A stretch of 64,000 nt of DNA. It comes from Octopus sinensis (Eukaryota). Positions within the stretch are counted from its first letter, which is position 1. Each line of letters begins with the position of its first letter. The DNA lies in the NCBI RefSeq assembly GCF_006345805.1, contig NC_043010.1, positions 26,970,001 to 27,034,000 on the forward strand. Direction: 5' to 3'. The notes under the pieces are model-generated. The model worked only from the letters and a program-made list of their open reading frames with translations. It was not told where the DNA came from and searched no databases. This document shows, one piece after another, positions 36,421-49,257 of this stretch. The translations under genes were made by a program, and so were the position numbers.

Positions 36421-38838
36421 CAGGGCTATTAGACAAAAGAGACAGGCTTGGAAGGACTGGAAGAACGGTGGTAGCAGGGAATTGTATCAGACAGCCAAAA
36501 GGGAAGCTAGGTGACAGGTTTACTTAGCCAGAGGGGAAGCGGATAAGAAAAAATTTGCCAATGTTCTGAGCCATGAGGATGAAAGACTTGAGGTATTTCG
36601 TGTTGCAAGATAGTGTGTGAGAAAGAATCGTGATGTGGTAGGAGAGAAGTGTGTTCGCATGGATGTTGGTTCACTTGCGCTAAATGAGTATGCAAAGAGA
36701 GAGGTTTGGAGATGCCACTATGAAAGGTTGCTGAATAAAGAAAAAGAATGGGATAAAGAGAGTCTGCCAAATGTTGACCCAACAGAGGGACCAGCTATCC
36801 GAGTTGATAGCTCCGTGGTAGCTAAGGCAATTAGAAGCATGAAGACAGGAAAAGCCCCAGGCCCATCAGGAATTACTGCAGAGATGCTCAAAATATCTGG
36901 CAGTGTCAGCCATAACCTAGTCACCCGTATAGTCAACCAGGTGATACATGAAGGAGTCATACCTAATGACTGGTGTAGCAGCATACTAGTCAACTGCTAC
37001 AAAGGTAAAGGTGATGCCCTAGATACAAATAATTACAGAGGTATCAAGCTGTTGGATCAGGTAATGAAAGTTACGGAGAGGGTCATAGCCCAACTAATTA
37101 GAGAGAGAGTTAGTTTAGATGAGATGCAGTTTGGGTTCGTGTCAGGGAAAAGCACCACTGATGCTATATTCCTGGTAAGGCAGCTGCAGGAGAAATACCT
37201 AGCCAAAGATAAGCCCCTGTACCTGGCTTTCGTTGACATGGAGAAAGCCTTTGATAGGGTCCCCCGATCCCTCATCTGGTGGTCAATGAGGAAACTAGGG
37301 ATAGATGAATGGCTGGTGAGGGCTGTGCAAGCCATGTACAGAGATGCCGTAAGTAAGGTTAGGGTTGGCAACATGTACACAGAAGAATTCAAAGTAGAGG
37401 TTGGGGTCCACCAGGGTTCAGTACTCAGCCCCCTCCTATTTATCATAGTCCTCCAGGCAATTATGGAGGAATTCCAAACAGGTTGCCCCTGGGAGCTCCT
37501 CTATGCTGACGACCTCGCTCTAATTGCTGAGTCACTATCAGAACTGGAGGAGAAGTTCCAGGTGTGGAAGGAGGGTTTAGAATCGAGGGGCCTTAGAGTC
37601 AACCTAGCTAAAACCAAAGTACTAATAAGTAGAAAGGTAGACAATCCACAAATATCCTCAGGAAGATGGCCCTGCTCGATCTGTAGAAAAGGTGTAGGTA
37701 GAAACTCTATAAGATGTACCCAGTGTAAGCTATGGACACATAAGAGGTGCAGCAATGTCAAAGGTAGGCTAACTGGGAAGATAGTTTTTGTATATGGCAG
37801 ATGCTCGGGAGCATTGACCTCCGAAAATCTGCAGAAAACAACTTCCGTCACTTTCCAGGGGGAAAAACTAGAAGTAGTTGATAGCTTCCGTTATCTAGGT
37901 GACCACTGAAAGTGTAACTGCTAGAATAAGAATAGCCTGGGCAAAGTTTAGGGAGCTCTTACCTCTGCTGGTGACTAAAGGCCTCTCGCTCAGAGTAAAA
38001 GGCAGACTGTATGATGCATGTGTACGAACAGCCATGCTACATGGCAGTGAAACATGGGCCGTGACTGCTGAGGACATGCGTAAGCTCGTGAGGAATGAAG
38101 CCAGTATGCTCCGAAGGATGTGTAATGTCAGTGTACATACTCGACAGAGCGTTAGTACCTTGAGAGAAATGTTGTACCTAAGAAGCATCAGTTGTGGTGT
38201 GCAAGAGAGACGATTGCGCTGGTATGGTCATGTGGCGAGAATGGATGAAGATAGGTGTGTGAGAAAGTACCAATCCCTAGCAGTTGAGGGAACCCGTGGA
38301 AGAGGTAGACCCAGGAAAACCTGGGACGAGGTGGTGAAGCACGACCTTCGAACGTTAGGTCTCACCATGGAAATGACTAGAGACCGAGACTTATGGAAGT
38401 ATGCTGTGCGTGAGAAGACCCGACAAGACTAGTGATGCCATAACCAGTGGCCCCTACCTGGGACGTAGTCAGTCCACCTGTGCATACCTTCCTCCTTGTG
38501 ACACTTGTGAAGACCTGTTGAGGCAAGTGAAAATCAAAATCAAAATCAAATCAAACCAAATAAAAATAGATGAACACCAATGGAATTTGTATCCTTGTGG
38601 GTGGCACATAAGAAAACCATCCAAACGTGACCGTAGCCAGTACCGCATCGACTGGCCTCCGTGCTGTGGGCACGTAACAAACAACATCCGAGCGTGGCCG
38701 TTCGCCAGCCTCGTCTGGCACCTGTGTCGGTGGCACATAAGAAAACACCATCCGAGCGTGGCCGTCTGCCAGCCTCGTCTGGCACCTGTGTCGGTGGCAC
38801 ATAAAAACACCATCCAAGCCTGACCGTCTGCCAGCCTC
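36419..38838 (+). mobile_element. 5'-truncated RTE LINE copy A with a 430-aa open RT region (36617-37909), C-terminus and partial 3' UTR
   Basis: RT motifs YKGKGDAL, QFGFVSGKSTTDAI, FVDMEKAFDRVP, GVHQGSVLSPLLF, YADD, FRYLGD; a small deletion near 37905 shifts the frame. Confidence 0.95.
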
Positions 38839-40282
38839 GAAGGGCCTTAGAGTCAATCTAGCTAAAACCAAATTCCTAATAAGTAGGAAGGTAGACAAAT
38901 CACAAACGCCTTCAGGTAGATGGCCCTGCTCGATCTGTAGAAAAGGTGTAGGTAGAAACTCTATAAGATGCACCAAGTGTAAGCTATGGACACATAAGAG
39001 GTGCAGCAATGTCAAAGGAAGGCTAACTAGGAAGATGGTTTTTGTATGTGGCAGATGCTCAGGAACAATAAACACTGAAAATTCTCTGAGACCAACTTCT
39101 GTCACTTTCCAGGGAGAAAAACTAGAAATAGTTGATAGCTTCCGTTTCCTAGGTGACCAGGTCAGCAGCTGGGGCAGGTGTGCTGAAAGTGTAACTGTTA
39201 GAGTAAGAATAGCCTGGGCAAAGTTTAGGGAGCCCTTACCTCTGCTGGTGACAAAAGGTCTCTCGCTCAGAGTAAAAGGCAGACTGTAGGACGCGTGTGT
39301 ACGAACAGCCATGCTACATGGCAGTGAAACATGGGCCGTGACTGCTGAGGATATGCGTAATCTCACAAGAAATGAAGCCAGTATGCTCCGATGGATGTGT
39401 AAAGTCACTATTCATACTCGACAGGGTGTAAGTATTTTGAGAGAAAAGCTGGATGTGGTGTGCAAGAAAGACGTTTGCGCTGGTATGGGCATGTGGCGAA
39501 AATGGATGAAGATAGTTGTGTGAAAAAGTGCCACACCCTAGTGGTTGAGGGAACCTGTGGAAGAGGCAGACCCAGGAAAACCTGGGACGAGGTGGTGAAG
39601 CACGACCTTCGAACTTTAGGTCTCATTGAGGAAATGACTAGAGACCGAGACTTCTGGAAGTATGCTGTGCGTGAGAAGACCTGGCAGGACAAGTGAGACC
39701 ATAACCCGTGGCCTTCTACATGGGATATAGCCTGCCCACTTATGCATACCTTCCCTTCTTGGGACACAAAACTCTACTTGTGAAGACCTGTTGAGGCAAG
39801 TGAGAATCAGAATCAGAATCAAAATCGATCAATGGAAATTGCAGCTGAGTTACCAGTGCCGGTGGCACGTAAGAGAACCATCCGAACGTGGCCATTGCCA
39901 GTGCCATCCCGACTGGCCTTGTGCCGGTGGCACGTAAAAAGCACCATCCGTTTGTGGCCATTGCCAGCCTCACCTGGCCCCCGTGCCGGTGGCACGTAAA
40001 AAGCACCATCCGTTCCTGGCCATTGCCAGCCTCGCCTGGCCCCCGTGCCGGTGGCACATAAAAAGCACCATCCGATCGTGGCCATTTGCCAGACCCGTCT
40101 GGCACGTAAAAAGCACCCACTACACTCATGGAGTGGTTGGCGTTAGGAAGGGCATCCAGCCGTAGAAACATTGCCAGATCAAACTCGGCCTGGTGCAGCC
40201 TTCTGGCTTCCCAGACCCCAGTTGAACCGTCCAACCCATGCTAGCATGGAAAGCAGACGCTAAACGATAATGATGATGATGA

Positions 40283-40286
<4 letters not shown>
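38836..40286 (+). mobile_element. 5'-truncated RTE LINE copy B fused to the UTR of copy A, with complete 3' UTR and (GAT)n tail
   Basis: Begins at cgaagggccttagagtc (KGLRVNLAKTK); PHD segment, FLGD, stops; UTR minisatellite; tail at about 40268-40286. Confidence 0.93.
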
Positions 40287-40320
<34 letters not shown>

Positions 40321-40978
40321 AGCACTCAATCAGTTACGACAACAAGGGTCCCAGCTGATATAATCAATGGAACTCCTTGCTTGTGAAATCAACGTAGTTC
40401 TCAGGGAGATTCAGTGTGACAGTGTAACAAGGCTGTCCCTTTGAAATAAAGGTACTACTCAGTTTTGCGAGCTGAGTGGACTGGAGCAATGGGAAATAAA
40501 GTGTCTTGCTGAAGGGACATGACGCATCACTGGGAATTGAACTCATGACCTTACGATTTTGAGGCAAATGCCCTAACCACTAAGCCATGTGTGTATATAT
40601 ATATACATATATAAATGAAAAGTGTATAAACAAACAATATAATGTGTACTGAATGTAAAAACGAACGGGAGACAAACAGGTCCATAATTTTTCTTGTGTA
40701 GAATTAGGGACAAGAGCAAACAAAACGAGCAACTGACACAGAGTGTGATTTTGGACAGTGGACGGGTACGAACAGTCGAACAAAATACAGCCTTGGGGCC
40801 AAGGAGATTAGAATAGTGGGTAATGCTTATGGATTAAAACAGATGTAAGTTCAAATAAATTTGTTGAGTCTCCTTCTTTCGTTTGCCCACTCACTTGTGT
40901 GTATATATATGTAGAGAGAGAGAGGCGGGGCAAGAGTGAGATAAACAAATACTTTCAGAGTATCATGATATATTGTAG

Positions 40979-41061
40979 GAAGGTCGTTCAAGAGGTTGCA
41001 GAAAGTCAAAAAACGGTAAAAGATGCCAAGAAAAAAGTGCATGAACAGAAGAAGAAAATAG
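40979..41061 (+). CDS. CFAP99: CFAP99-like exon E (KVVQEVAESQKTVKDAKKKVHEQKKKI+G)
   Basis: Donor G|gtaagt. Acceptor atattgtag is weak but is phase-compatible with exon D (AA+G = Lys). Confidence 0.8.
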
Positions 41062-41146
41062 GTAAGTTTAGCTTTTTTTTTTATCTCTACATCTGTTTTA
41101 TTATTTGGGTATACATACATATATGTCTATATACATATATACATTA

Positions 41147-43760
41147 TATGGGTGACTTTAACTTCCCCAATGTGGAATGGCCTGGGGGGGCAGATGCTCT
41201 CAGGGATGACACACCATCAGCAGGCACAGGCAGAGTCCCTGCTCCATCTCACAAATGCCTCTTTCATGGAGCAAATAGTTCTGCAACCAACAAGGGCAGA
41301 TAATATACTGGATCTCTGCTTCACAAACAATATGGATATTATCCATAATGTTAATGTGATGCCGACAATGATCTCAGATCACAACATAATAGAGCTGTCT
41401 ATGTATGGAACAAAAGCTCCCGTAGACACACAGCCTATACGAAGCATCCACCATCTCTCCAACTTAAACTTTCATAAAGCCAACTGGAAGTTGATTGAGA
41501 AAGAGATCCTCAAACAGGATTGGCCTAAATGTCTCTCCACACCAGACATTAACATGAAACACAAACACTTCATGTCCATAATACAAGCCATATGTGACAA
41601 ATATGTCCCAGTGTGCAGGGCCAGCACACACAAGAACAAAAACAGGATCCCTAGAGAAAGGAAGATTCTTATGAGACGACGGACAAGGATTGCGAACCGC
41701 CTGAGCAAGCACACCAAAAGTGGTGAGAAGTCTCGGCTTGAAAGAATGCTAATGGAAACTGAGAAAAGTCTGCATCAGTCCCATGAAAAGGAGAGAGCAG
41801 ATAAAGAAGCTTGGGTAATAGAAAATATAAAATCAAACCCTAAAGCTTTCTTTGAGTTTGCCAAAGAGACAGCCACAGTGCACCAGAGAATAGGACCTCT
41901 CTTCCAAAAAGATGGCTCTCTCACAGGAAATCACATGAGGATAAGTGAAATACTGAACGAACAGTTCCAAAGTGTGTTCACTACACCTCTAGGACACAGG
42001 CAAGTAAACAACCCAGAAGAATGCTTTGCCACTTTACCTGCGGCCAAAGAGGCAAAAATTGAGTACATCAACATCGAAGATGATGATATCACACTAGCCA
42101 TAGATGAGATTGACACAAACTCAGCTGCTGGACCTGATGGATTCCCGGCGATCCTTCTCAAATCGTGCAAACGAGCCCTTGCAAAACCGCTACAGCTTCT
42201 TTTTCAGAGCTTTCTTGCAAGTGGTAAGCTCCCAGTCAAATTGAAAGAGGGGGTAATATGCCCTATCCATAATGGAGGTAGCAGAGCAGATGCTAAAAAT
42301 TATAGGCCTATCTCTCTGACCTCACACATCAGCAAAGTCATGGAATGAATAGTCCATAAGAAACTAATCATGTTCCTTGAAGAAAATGACTTGCTGTCTG
42401 ACACCCAGCATGGATTTCGACCAGGTAGAGGCTGCCTAACACAGATCCTGCAACACTATGACTGGGTGTTGAAACAGCTACTAAATGGCTCAAATGTGGA
42501 TGTAATATATCTCGACTTTGCAAAAGCCTTTGATAAAGTCGACCATGGTATGATCTGTCACAAACTGAGTGGTCTCGGCATAGGCGGAAAACTTGGAGAG
42601 TGGCTGCACAACTTCCTAAAAGACAGAAAACAGGCAGTTGTGAGCAATGGAGCCACCTCCAAGGAAACACAAATAACAAGCGATGTCCCACAGGGTCTTC
42701 GGGCCACTGGTGTTCATAGTGGCCCTTTCAGACATGCCTTCAGTTGCTACGATGACCACCCTTGCTAGCTATGCAGATGACACAAAAGTCTCCCACGCAA
42801 TACAAAACCCTGAAAATATTGCGCATCTGCAACAGGAGTTGGACGCAATATACAGGTGGGCTGAGGACAACAACATGCAGTTTAATGCAGGTAAGTTCCA
42901 GGCCCTGCGCTACCAGCACACATAGGTAAACAACGTGCAGATTGGATACACTGGCCCAGGAAGAATTGCAATCCCTGAGTCAAAATCAGTGCATGACCTG
43001 GGCATTGACATGAGTAATGATGCATCTTTCCAAGTGCATATTACTAATCTGGTGATAAAATGCAGACGGCTAGCTGGATGGATTCTCCGAACTTTCAGAA
43101 TAAGAGAGAAGGAGACACTGATGGTCCTATGGAAAACATTCATCCTCAGCCGCTTGGACTACTGCTCCCAACAGTGGTCACCACACAATATAAAACTAAC
43201 AGCAGAACTCGAAGCAATTCGGAGAAGCTACACAAAGAAAATCGTCTCAATGCAAAATATCAGCTGCTGGGAAAGACGGAAAGTATTAAACCTCTTCTCC
43301 CTAGAGCGGAGGCGAGAGAGATATGCGGTGATATACATCTGGAAAATCCTGGAGGGTCTTGTCCCAAACTTTGGCATTCAAAGTTACCCCAACCGTAGAA
43401 CGGGGCGCCACTGCATGGTGCCAAAGATTCCAACATCACCATCAAAATACAGGTCCACATACTGCAACAGCTTGGGTTTCAGAGGACCACAGGTCTTTAA
43501 CATCCTCCCTAAATGCCTGAGAGACTTTCATGGTGTGGATGTGGGTTTCTTTAAAACTAAACTGGATCTCTTCTTGTTGGGAGTCCCAGATGAACCTACC
43601 TCACGACTGGAGACGCAGATGCGGGCAGCAGCATCGAACTCCTTTGTTGATCAAGTGCCACGTATCAGAGGTGGATTCACATATTAGTGTAGCTCATTCA
43701 GCGGTGGTGCCCCAGCATGGCTACGGCCTTCGGGCTAAAACATTTTTAAGGAATTTAAGG
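41147..43760 (+). mobile_element. 5'-truncated, lightly decayed CR1-like LINE (end of APE, RT, C-terminus, ttaaggaat tail)
   Basis: GDFNFPNVEW, PTRADNILDLCFTN, YLDFAKAFDKVDH, DVPQG, YADDTK and SLERRRERY; only about four frame disruptions in 2.5 kb. Confidence 0.9.
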
Positions 43761-43838
43761 AATATATACACACGTATATATACATACATACATATATGTC
43801 CATATACATATATATATATATATATTATATTTATATAT

Positions 43839-43895
<57 letters not shown>

Positions 43896-44118
43896 ATGTA
43901 TATCTATTCATAAATGTTCTAAAATCTACACAGACTTGGTTTTTTTATCTCATTATGGAAAAAATTTTTTTATATACACACGCTGATATATGACCTACGT
44001 TGGACTCATTCGCATAATCACCGAACCTGGAGCTTAACTACGGTCTATCCATAGCACTTATTCAGCATTACCTGACACCTTCGGGTCTCAGTGACACCAT
44101 TGCCTCTCATAACCTCTA

Positions 44119-44170
<52 letters not shown>

Positions 44171-44595
44171 ATATATACATACATATGTGTCTATACACAT
44201 ATATATATATATTTATATATATGTATATATAAATATATACATACATACACACACACACACAAACATATAAAAAGAAACATACATATATATGTGTATATAA
44301 ATATATACAGTCATCTAAAAATCCATAATTTCGAGACAATAGACCTTTATATATTTGTCAATTGAGTGGGTGTACTGGATGTATAAATATTAATGCAGTG
44401 TTGTATACAGGTATCATAGATTAGTTACAACCAGTCTTACCAATTGGTTTCACACTGGATGTTTATCTAAAACACGAACACTTCAGGAATGCAAGACATA
44501 AAAAAATAATATGTGGATGCTCTCTGTTATTAGAGGTGTGGAAGGAAAAGTCGCATCTATTTTGTGAGTGCTGTGAAAAAAGATGGAGCAAAATA

Positions 44596-44789
44596 AAAAT
44601 TGTCCCTATGCAAATATTTACTCCCAAAACTTTTGTTGCATCATAACTCACTCACAGTTTAGGTACCTAGGGGTCATAACTTGATTAAGCAAGTGATTTA
44701 TCAAGTTATGACCCCTAGGTACCTAAACTGTGAGTGAGTTATGATGCAACAAAAGTTTTGGGAGTAAATATTTGCATAGGGACAATTTT
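44596..44789. repeat. Perfect 90-bp inverted repeat with a 14-nt spacer
   Basis: 44596-44685 is the exact reverse complement of 44700-44789. Confidence 0.95.
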
Positions 44790-45385
44790 GAAGGGGTTGG
44801 TTTGTGTGCAGGCTTGATACATTTGTAGGGAGATTTTTTGAAACAGGAATTGGGCAGGTGCCTGTACCTGTCCACGTGTGTATTTTGCTGGGATCTCAGG
44901 ACATGATGGTGGGCGGACTGATTGTGGAAGTTTTAGCATTTGTAATTATCGGGGCAGCCATTAGATAATCCAACATGTACCTTATCTCATGTGAGCACAG
45001 GTTGAAAAATTCGTTTCTGCAGTTTTGACAGATGTCAGGGTGAAGAGAACTTTTTAAAATAATTATTTTCTCAACCTAGCATAGCAACAAGAAGGGAATC
45101 AAACTGTAAAACAATGCCTCAGAAAAATGAATGCAGAACAAACATACATACATACATATAAATATATATCATCATCATCATCATCATCATCATCATTTTT
45201 AATGCCTGTCTTCCATGCCAGTATGGGTGAAATGGTACCACAAGAGCCGACCAGACAGAAGCCTACACCGGACTTCTGTGACTGTTTTGGCAGGATTTTT
45301 ACAACTGGATGCTCTTCTTAACACCAACCACTCAGCAGAGTAGACTTAGTGCATTTTACGTGGCACAAACCCAGGCGAGGTCAAT

Positions 45386-45432
<47 letters not shown>

Positions 45433-45446
45433 TATATCTGATCTGG

Positions 45447-45542
45447 CAGTCATTCATCAGGTGGTTTCAAATTTTTCTTGGCGAGTTTTAAACAATGAAC
45501 TAACTCGCCAAGAAAAATTTGAAACCACCTGATGAATGACTG
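45447..45542. repeat. Perfect 41-bp inverted repeat with a 14-nt spacer
   Basis: 45447-45487 versus 45502-45542; the right arm overlaps a hammerhead core. Confidence 0.95.
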
Positions 45543-45587
45543 TGACTCAAAAATTTGATGACAGTAGCCAGGAAACGATCGTAGTGG
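45525..45587 (+). ncRNA. Hammerhead-like motif with a defective stem II junction
   Basis: CCAC-CUGAUGA-...ACUGU..ACAGU...-GAA-ACGAUCGU-A-GUGG; perfectly palindromic stem III; base of stem II unpaired. Confidence 0.5.
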
Positions 45588-45756
45588 ATATTAATTATAT
45601 TTTTTAATAATTGTTACATATTTAAATAATATAAATTAATTTATGTATTGGCTTAAATCTTTCATTGTTTGATTTGCCTAATAGTGGTTTTGTCTCTAAT
45701 TTAATATAATATAATATTTTACTATAAAATTGGATTTATTCCCTAATATTTATTAT

Positions 45757-45787
<31 letters not shown>

Positions 45788-46984
45788 AGAAGTAAAAAGG
45801 ATTAATACACCCACACAGATACCTATAAAGCACTCAGTGTTAAATGAATTTGGTTAAGTATATATCGAAGCAATCAGATACCAATAAATGCAAGTAGAAT
45901 AAACATCCATGGTAATTCTTCATAAATGACAAGTAAATCCAAATATTGCTTAGAAGAATTTTAAGAAATTTCAGATATATTAATTTGACTGGTATTTCAT
46001 ATCTTTTCCTGTATCTAAGGATGCTGGCATAAGAGAAATGATCATCAATAATGTATGGTGTAATCACCAATTAAAGGTGCAATTTCCTCCATTCTTATTG
46101 TTGTTATATAAAATATTGGTTCCGGTGTGAATTGATGAAGCTGTTGTAAACAATATATTAACAGTAATATTTCTAACTCCATTTTTCAATAGTTTTATTA
46201 TATATTTGGGTGATTTGTGGATTTTCTCTTTATTGGAGTAGGATCTGCATAAGGAAGCCGCCATCTTTCCGTTTTCAGAGAGCTGCTTTCCACAGAGGTG
46301 TTTCATGAGCTAGAAGCCTGGATTCATCATCATCATCATTGTTTAATGTCCGTTTTCCATGCTGACATGGGTTGGACGGTTCGACTGGGGTCTGGGAAGC
46401 CAGGAGGCTGCACCAGGCCCCAATCTGATCTGGCAGTGTTTCTACAACTGGATGCCCTTCCTAACACCAACCACTACGAGAGTGTAGTGGGTGCTTTTTA
46501 CATGCCACCAGCACAGGGGCTAGAGGGGGCTGGCATCAACCACGATTGGATGGTACTTTTTATGTGCCACCGGCACTGAAGCCAGTTAAAGCGGCACTAG
46601 CATCAGCCACGTTCAGATGGTGCTTTTTACGGGGACCACAACTACAATTTCCATTTGATTTGATATTGATGTTGATGTTGATGTACTTGACTCAATAGGA
46701 TTCCTCAAGCACAGCATGTTGCCCTACGATCCAAGGTACTTTTGCCTGGGCTGGTTAGTGTTTATAAAAGTTGTTTTTGTTTTATATCATTCAGTCTTTC
46801 AGGCGCTGGCCTGTACAATTCCTAATAACATTTAATTATAAAGATACAATAGGATTTTTTTTACATCAAATGGTTATAGGGGTCCAGTTGCATAGAATAG
46901 AAATTAAAGGGGTCCATCGGAGCCATAATGGTTGAGAAACAGGGATCTAGCTAACTCACTACAACCTTCGAACATTGAGCCTAC

Positions 46985-47040
<56 letters not shown>

Positions 47041-47840
47041 CATCATCATCATCATTAAGCGTCCGTTTTCCATGCTAGCATGGGTTGGACGGTTTAACTG
47101 GGGTCTGTGAAGCCGGAAGGCTTCATCAGGCCCAGTCAGATTTGGCAGTGTTTCTACGGCTGGATGCCCTTCCTAACGCCAACCACTCCGTGAATGTAGT
47201 GGGTGCTTTTTACGCGCCACCTGCACAGGTTCCAGACAGAGCTGGCAAACGTCCACGAACGGATGGTGTTTTTACATGCCACCGGCACGGGGGCCAGGCG
47301 AGGCTGGCAACGGACACAAATGGATGGTGCTTTTACGTGCTACCAGCACGGGGGCCAGGCGAGGCTGGCAACGGACATGAGTGGATGGTGCTTTTACGTG
47401 CCAACAGCACGGGGGCCAGGCCAGGCTGGCAACGGACAAACGATCGGATGGTTCACTTAACCACAGCTGCAATTTCCACTGATGTTGATTTGGTTTGATT
47501 TTGACTGTTCTCACTGGTCTTGCCAGGTCTTCTCACGCACAGCATACTTCCATAGGTCTCGGTCTCTAGTCATTTCCTTGGTGAGACCTAAAGTTCAAAG
47601 GTTGTGCTTCTCTACCTCGTCCCAGGTTTTCCTGGGTCTACCTCTTCCACAGGTTCCCTCAACTGCTAGAGTGTGGCACTTTTGTACACAACTATCTTCA
47701 CCCATTCTCGTCACATGCCCATACCAGCGCAGACGTCTCTCTTGCACACCACAACTGATGCTTCTTAGGTTCAACTTTTCTCTCAAGGTACTTACACTCT
47801 GTCGATTATGAACACTGACATTACACATCCATCGGAGCAA
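47041..47840 (-). mobile_element. RTE LINE 3' end (C-terminal ORF, UTR minisatellite, tail)
   Basis: Minus ORF RRLRWYGHV...GRGRPRKTWDEV; (CAT)n at 47041. Confidence 0.92.
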
Positions 47841-48659
47841 AATAGGATGTTATATTTTATTTTATATGTCTTTCGTATATATTTTTATTAATACACCCAT
47901 TTTTTAAAAGCAATGTTTTTTTAAAAAAAAGCAATGTTGTCAAATTTAGAATGTTTATATAAGTTTGTGTATAGCAAAGCATATGTATTTGTAAGCATGC
48001 GTATCTGTGTATGTGTAAGTGAAAGTATGCTTGTGCTTAAGCACGCATACACACACGACGGTATGTATATGTATCAATTCAAACTTGTGTATGTATACTG
48101 GCCTCTATAGATGCCAATAATATCGCTAACAATTTTTTTCCCCACCCCTCCTTCGTTCCTTTTTCTCTCTTTCCCTTTCTTTCGTCCCCCTCCTTGCTCA
48201 GTATATGAGAATTGCTACATAGATGAATTTTAGCTTGCGTGCGAGACGGTTTTGCGTGAATATATGTACACATGCTTTTATGTGTATAATTTAGATTCAT
48301 ATTCATACGTCTGTATATGTATGTATGGCGTTTACGCGCATCCTTTTGTGTATGTTGATATATATATGTGGATTTTAATTAAATATGTATTGCAGTATTT
48401 ATAACAGGTTTAATTTCTATGCATTAATTTGTACTGTCTTCATTAACGGCAATAGGTTTTTTCCTCGGTTTTTTCCCTCGGATTTTATAATTTTTATAAG
48501 TTTTTTTATATATATATACATATATTTTTGACCTTTTTGTTTATCGCTCGAAGATTGACCGTTTTTTCTAAAGGGCCAATCAACAAGTCCATTTCTTTTT
48601 AAGGTGTAGCGTTTTAAGAGTATAGATTGAATTAATAATATGTTCCATTCTAGCAAAAA

Positions 48660-48698
48660 CTGTCTGATGAACGGCAACGAGAAAACTCAGAGTAACAG
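48660..48698 (+). ncRNA. Hammerhead-like motif with a GCAA-capped 2-bp stem II and one extra A
   Basis: CUGU-CUGAUGA-A[CG gcaa CG]A-GAAA-ACUC a GAGU-A-ACAG. Confidence 0.5.
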
Positions 48699-48730
48699 AT
48701 TTTGTTGAATTTTCTGCTGCTTAAAATAAA

Positions 48731-48769
<39 letters not shown>

Positions 48770-48927
48770 TATATATATATATTAAGGTATGTAGAAAAAT
48801 ACAACATGGACAAGAACGTATAACTCATAGAAGACGATACAATAACATGGACAGGACATTCGAACCCCTCAGTCTTAAGTCAAGAACCGGATCATCGTAG
48901 TAATTTCGGCTGATATATATAATAATT

Positions 48928-48976
<49 letters not shown>

Positions 48977-48985
48977 TATATATAT

Positions 48986-49067
<82 letters not shown>

Positions 49068-49152
49068 TACATATATATATATTATATACATACATATATC
49101 TATATATATATATACCATACATATTATATATATATATTATATACCTATATAT

Positions 49153-49205
<53 letters not shown>

Positions 49206-49209
49206 TAAT

Positions 49210-49257
<48 letters not shown>

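Noticed and set aside
38590-38838. Repeat-spacer appearance in the RTE 3' UTR
   Set aside because: The intervening sequences are themselves repeated; it is a minisatellite.
38551-39408. 285-aa minus-strand ORF and similar antisense ORFs
   Set aside because: Shadow frames of the RTE coding strand.
45820-46310. AT-rich minus-strand ORF remnants next to the 45.5-kb hammerhead-like motif
   Set aside because: No RT or GIY-YIG motif recognisable; cannot be assigned without a search.
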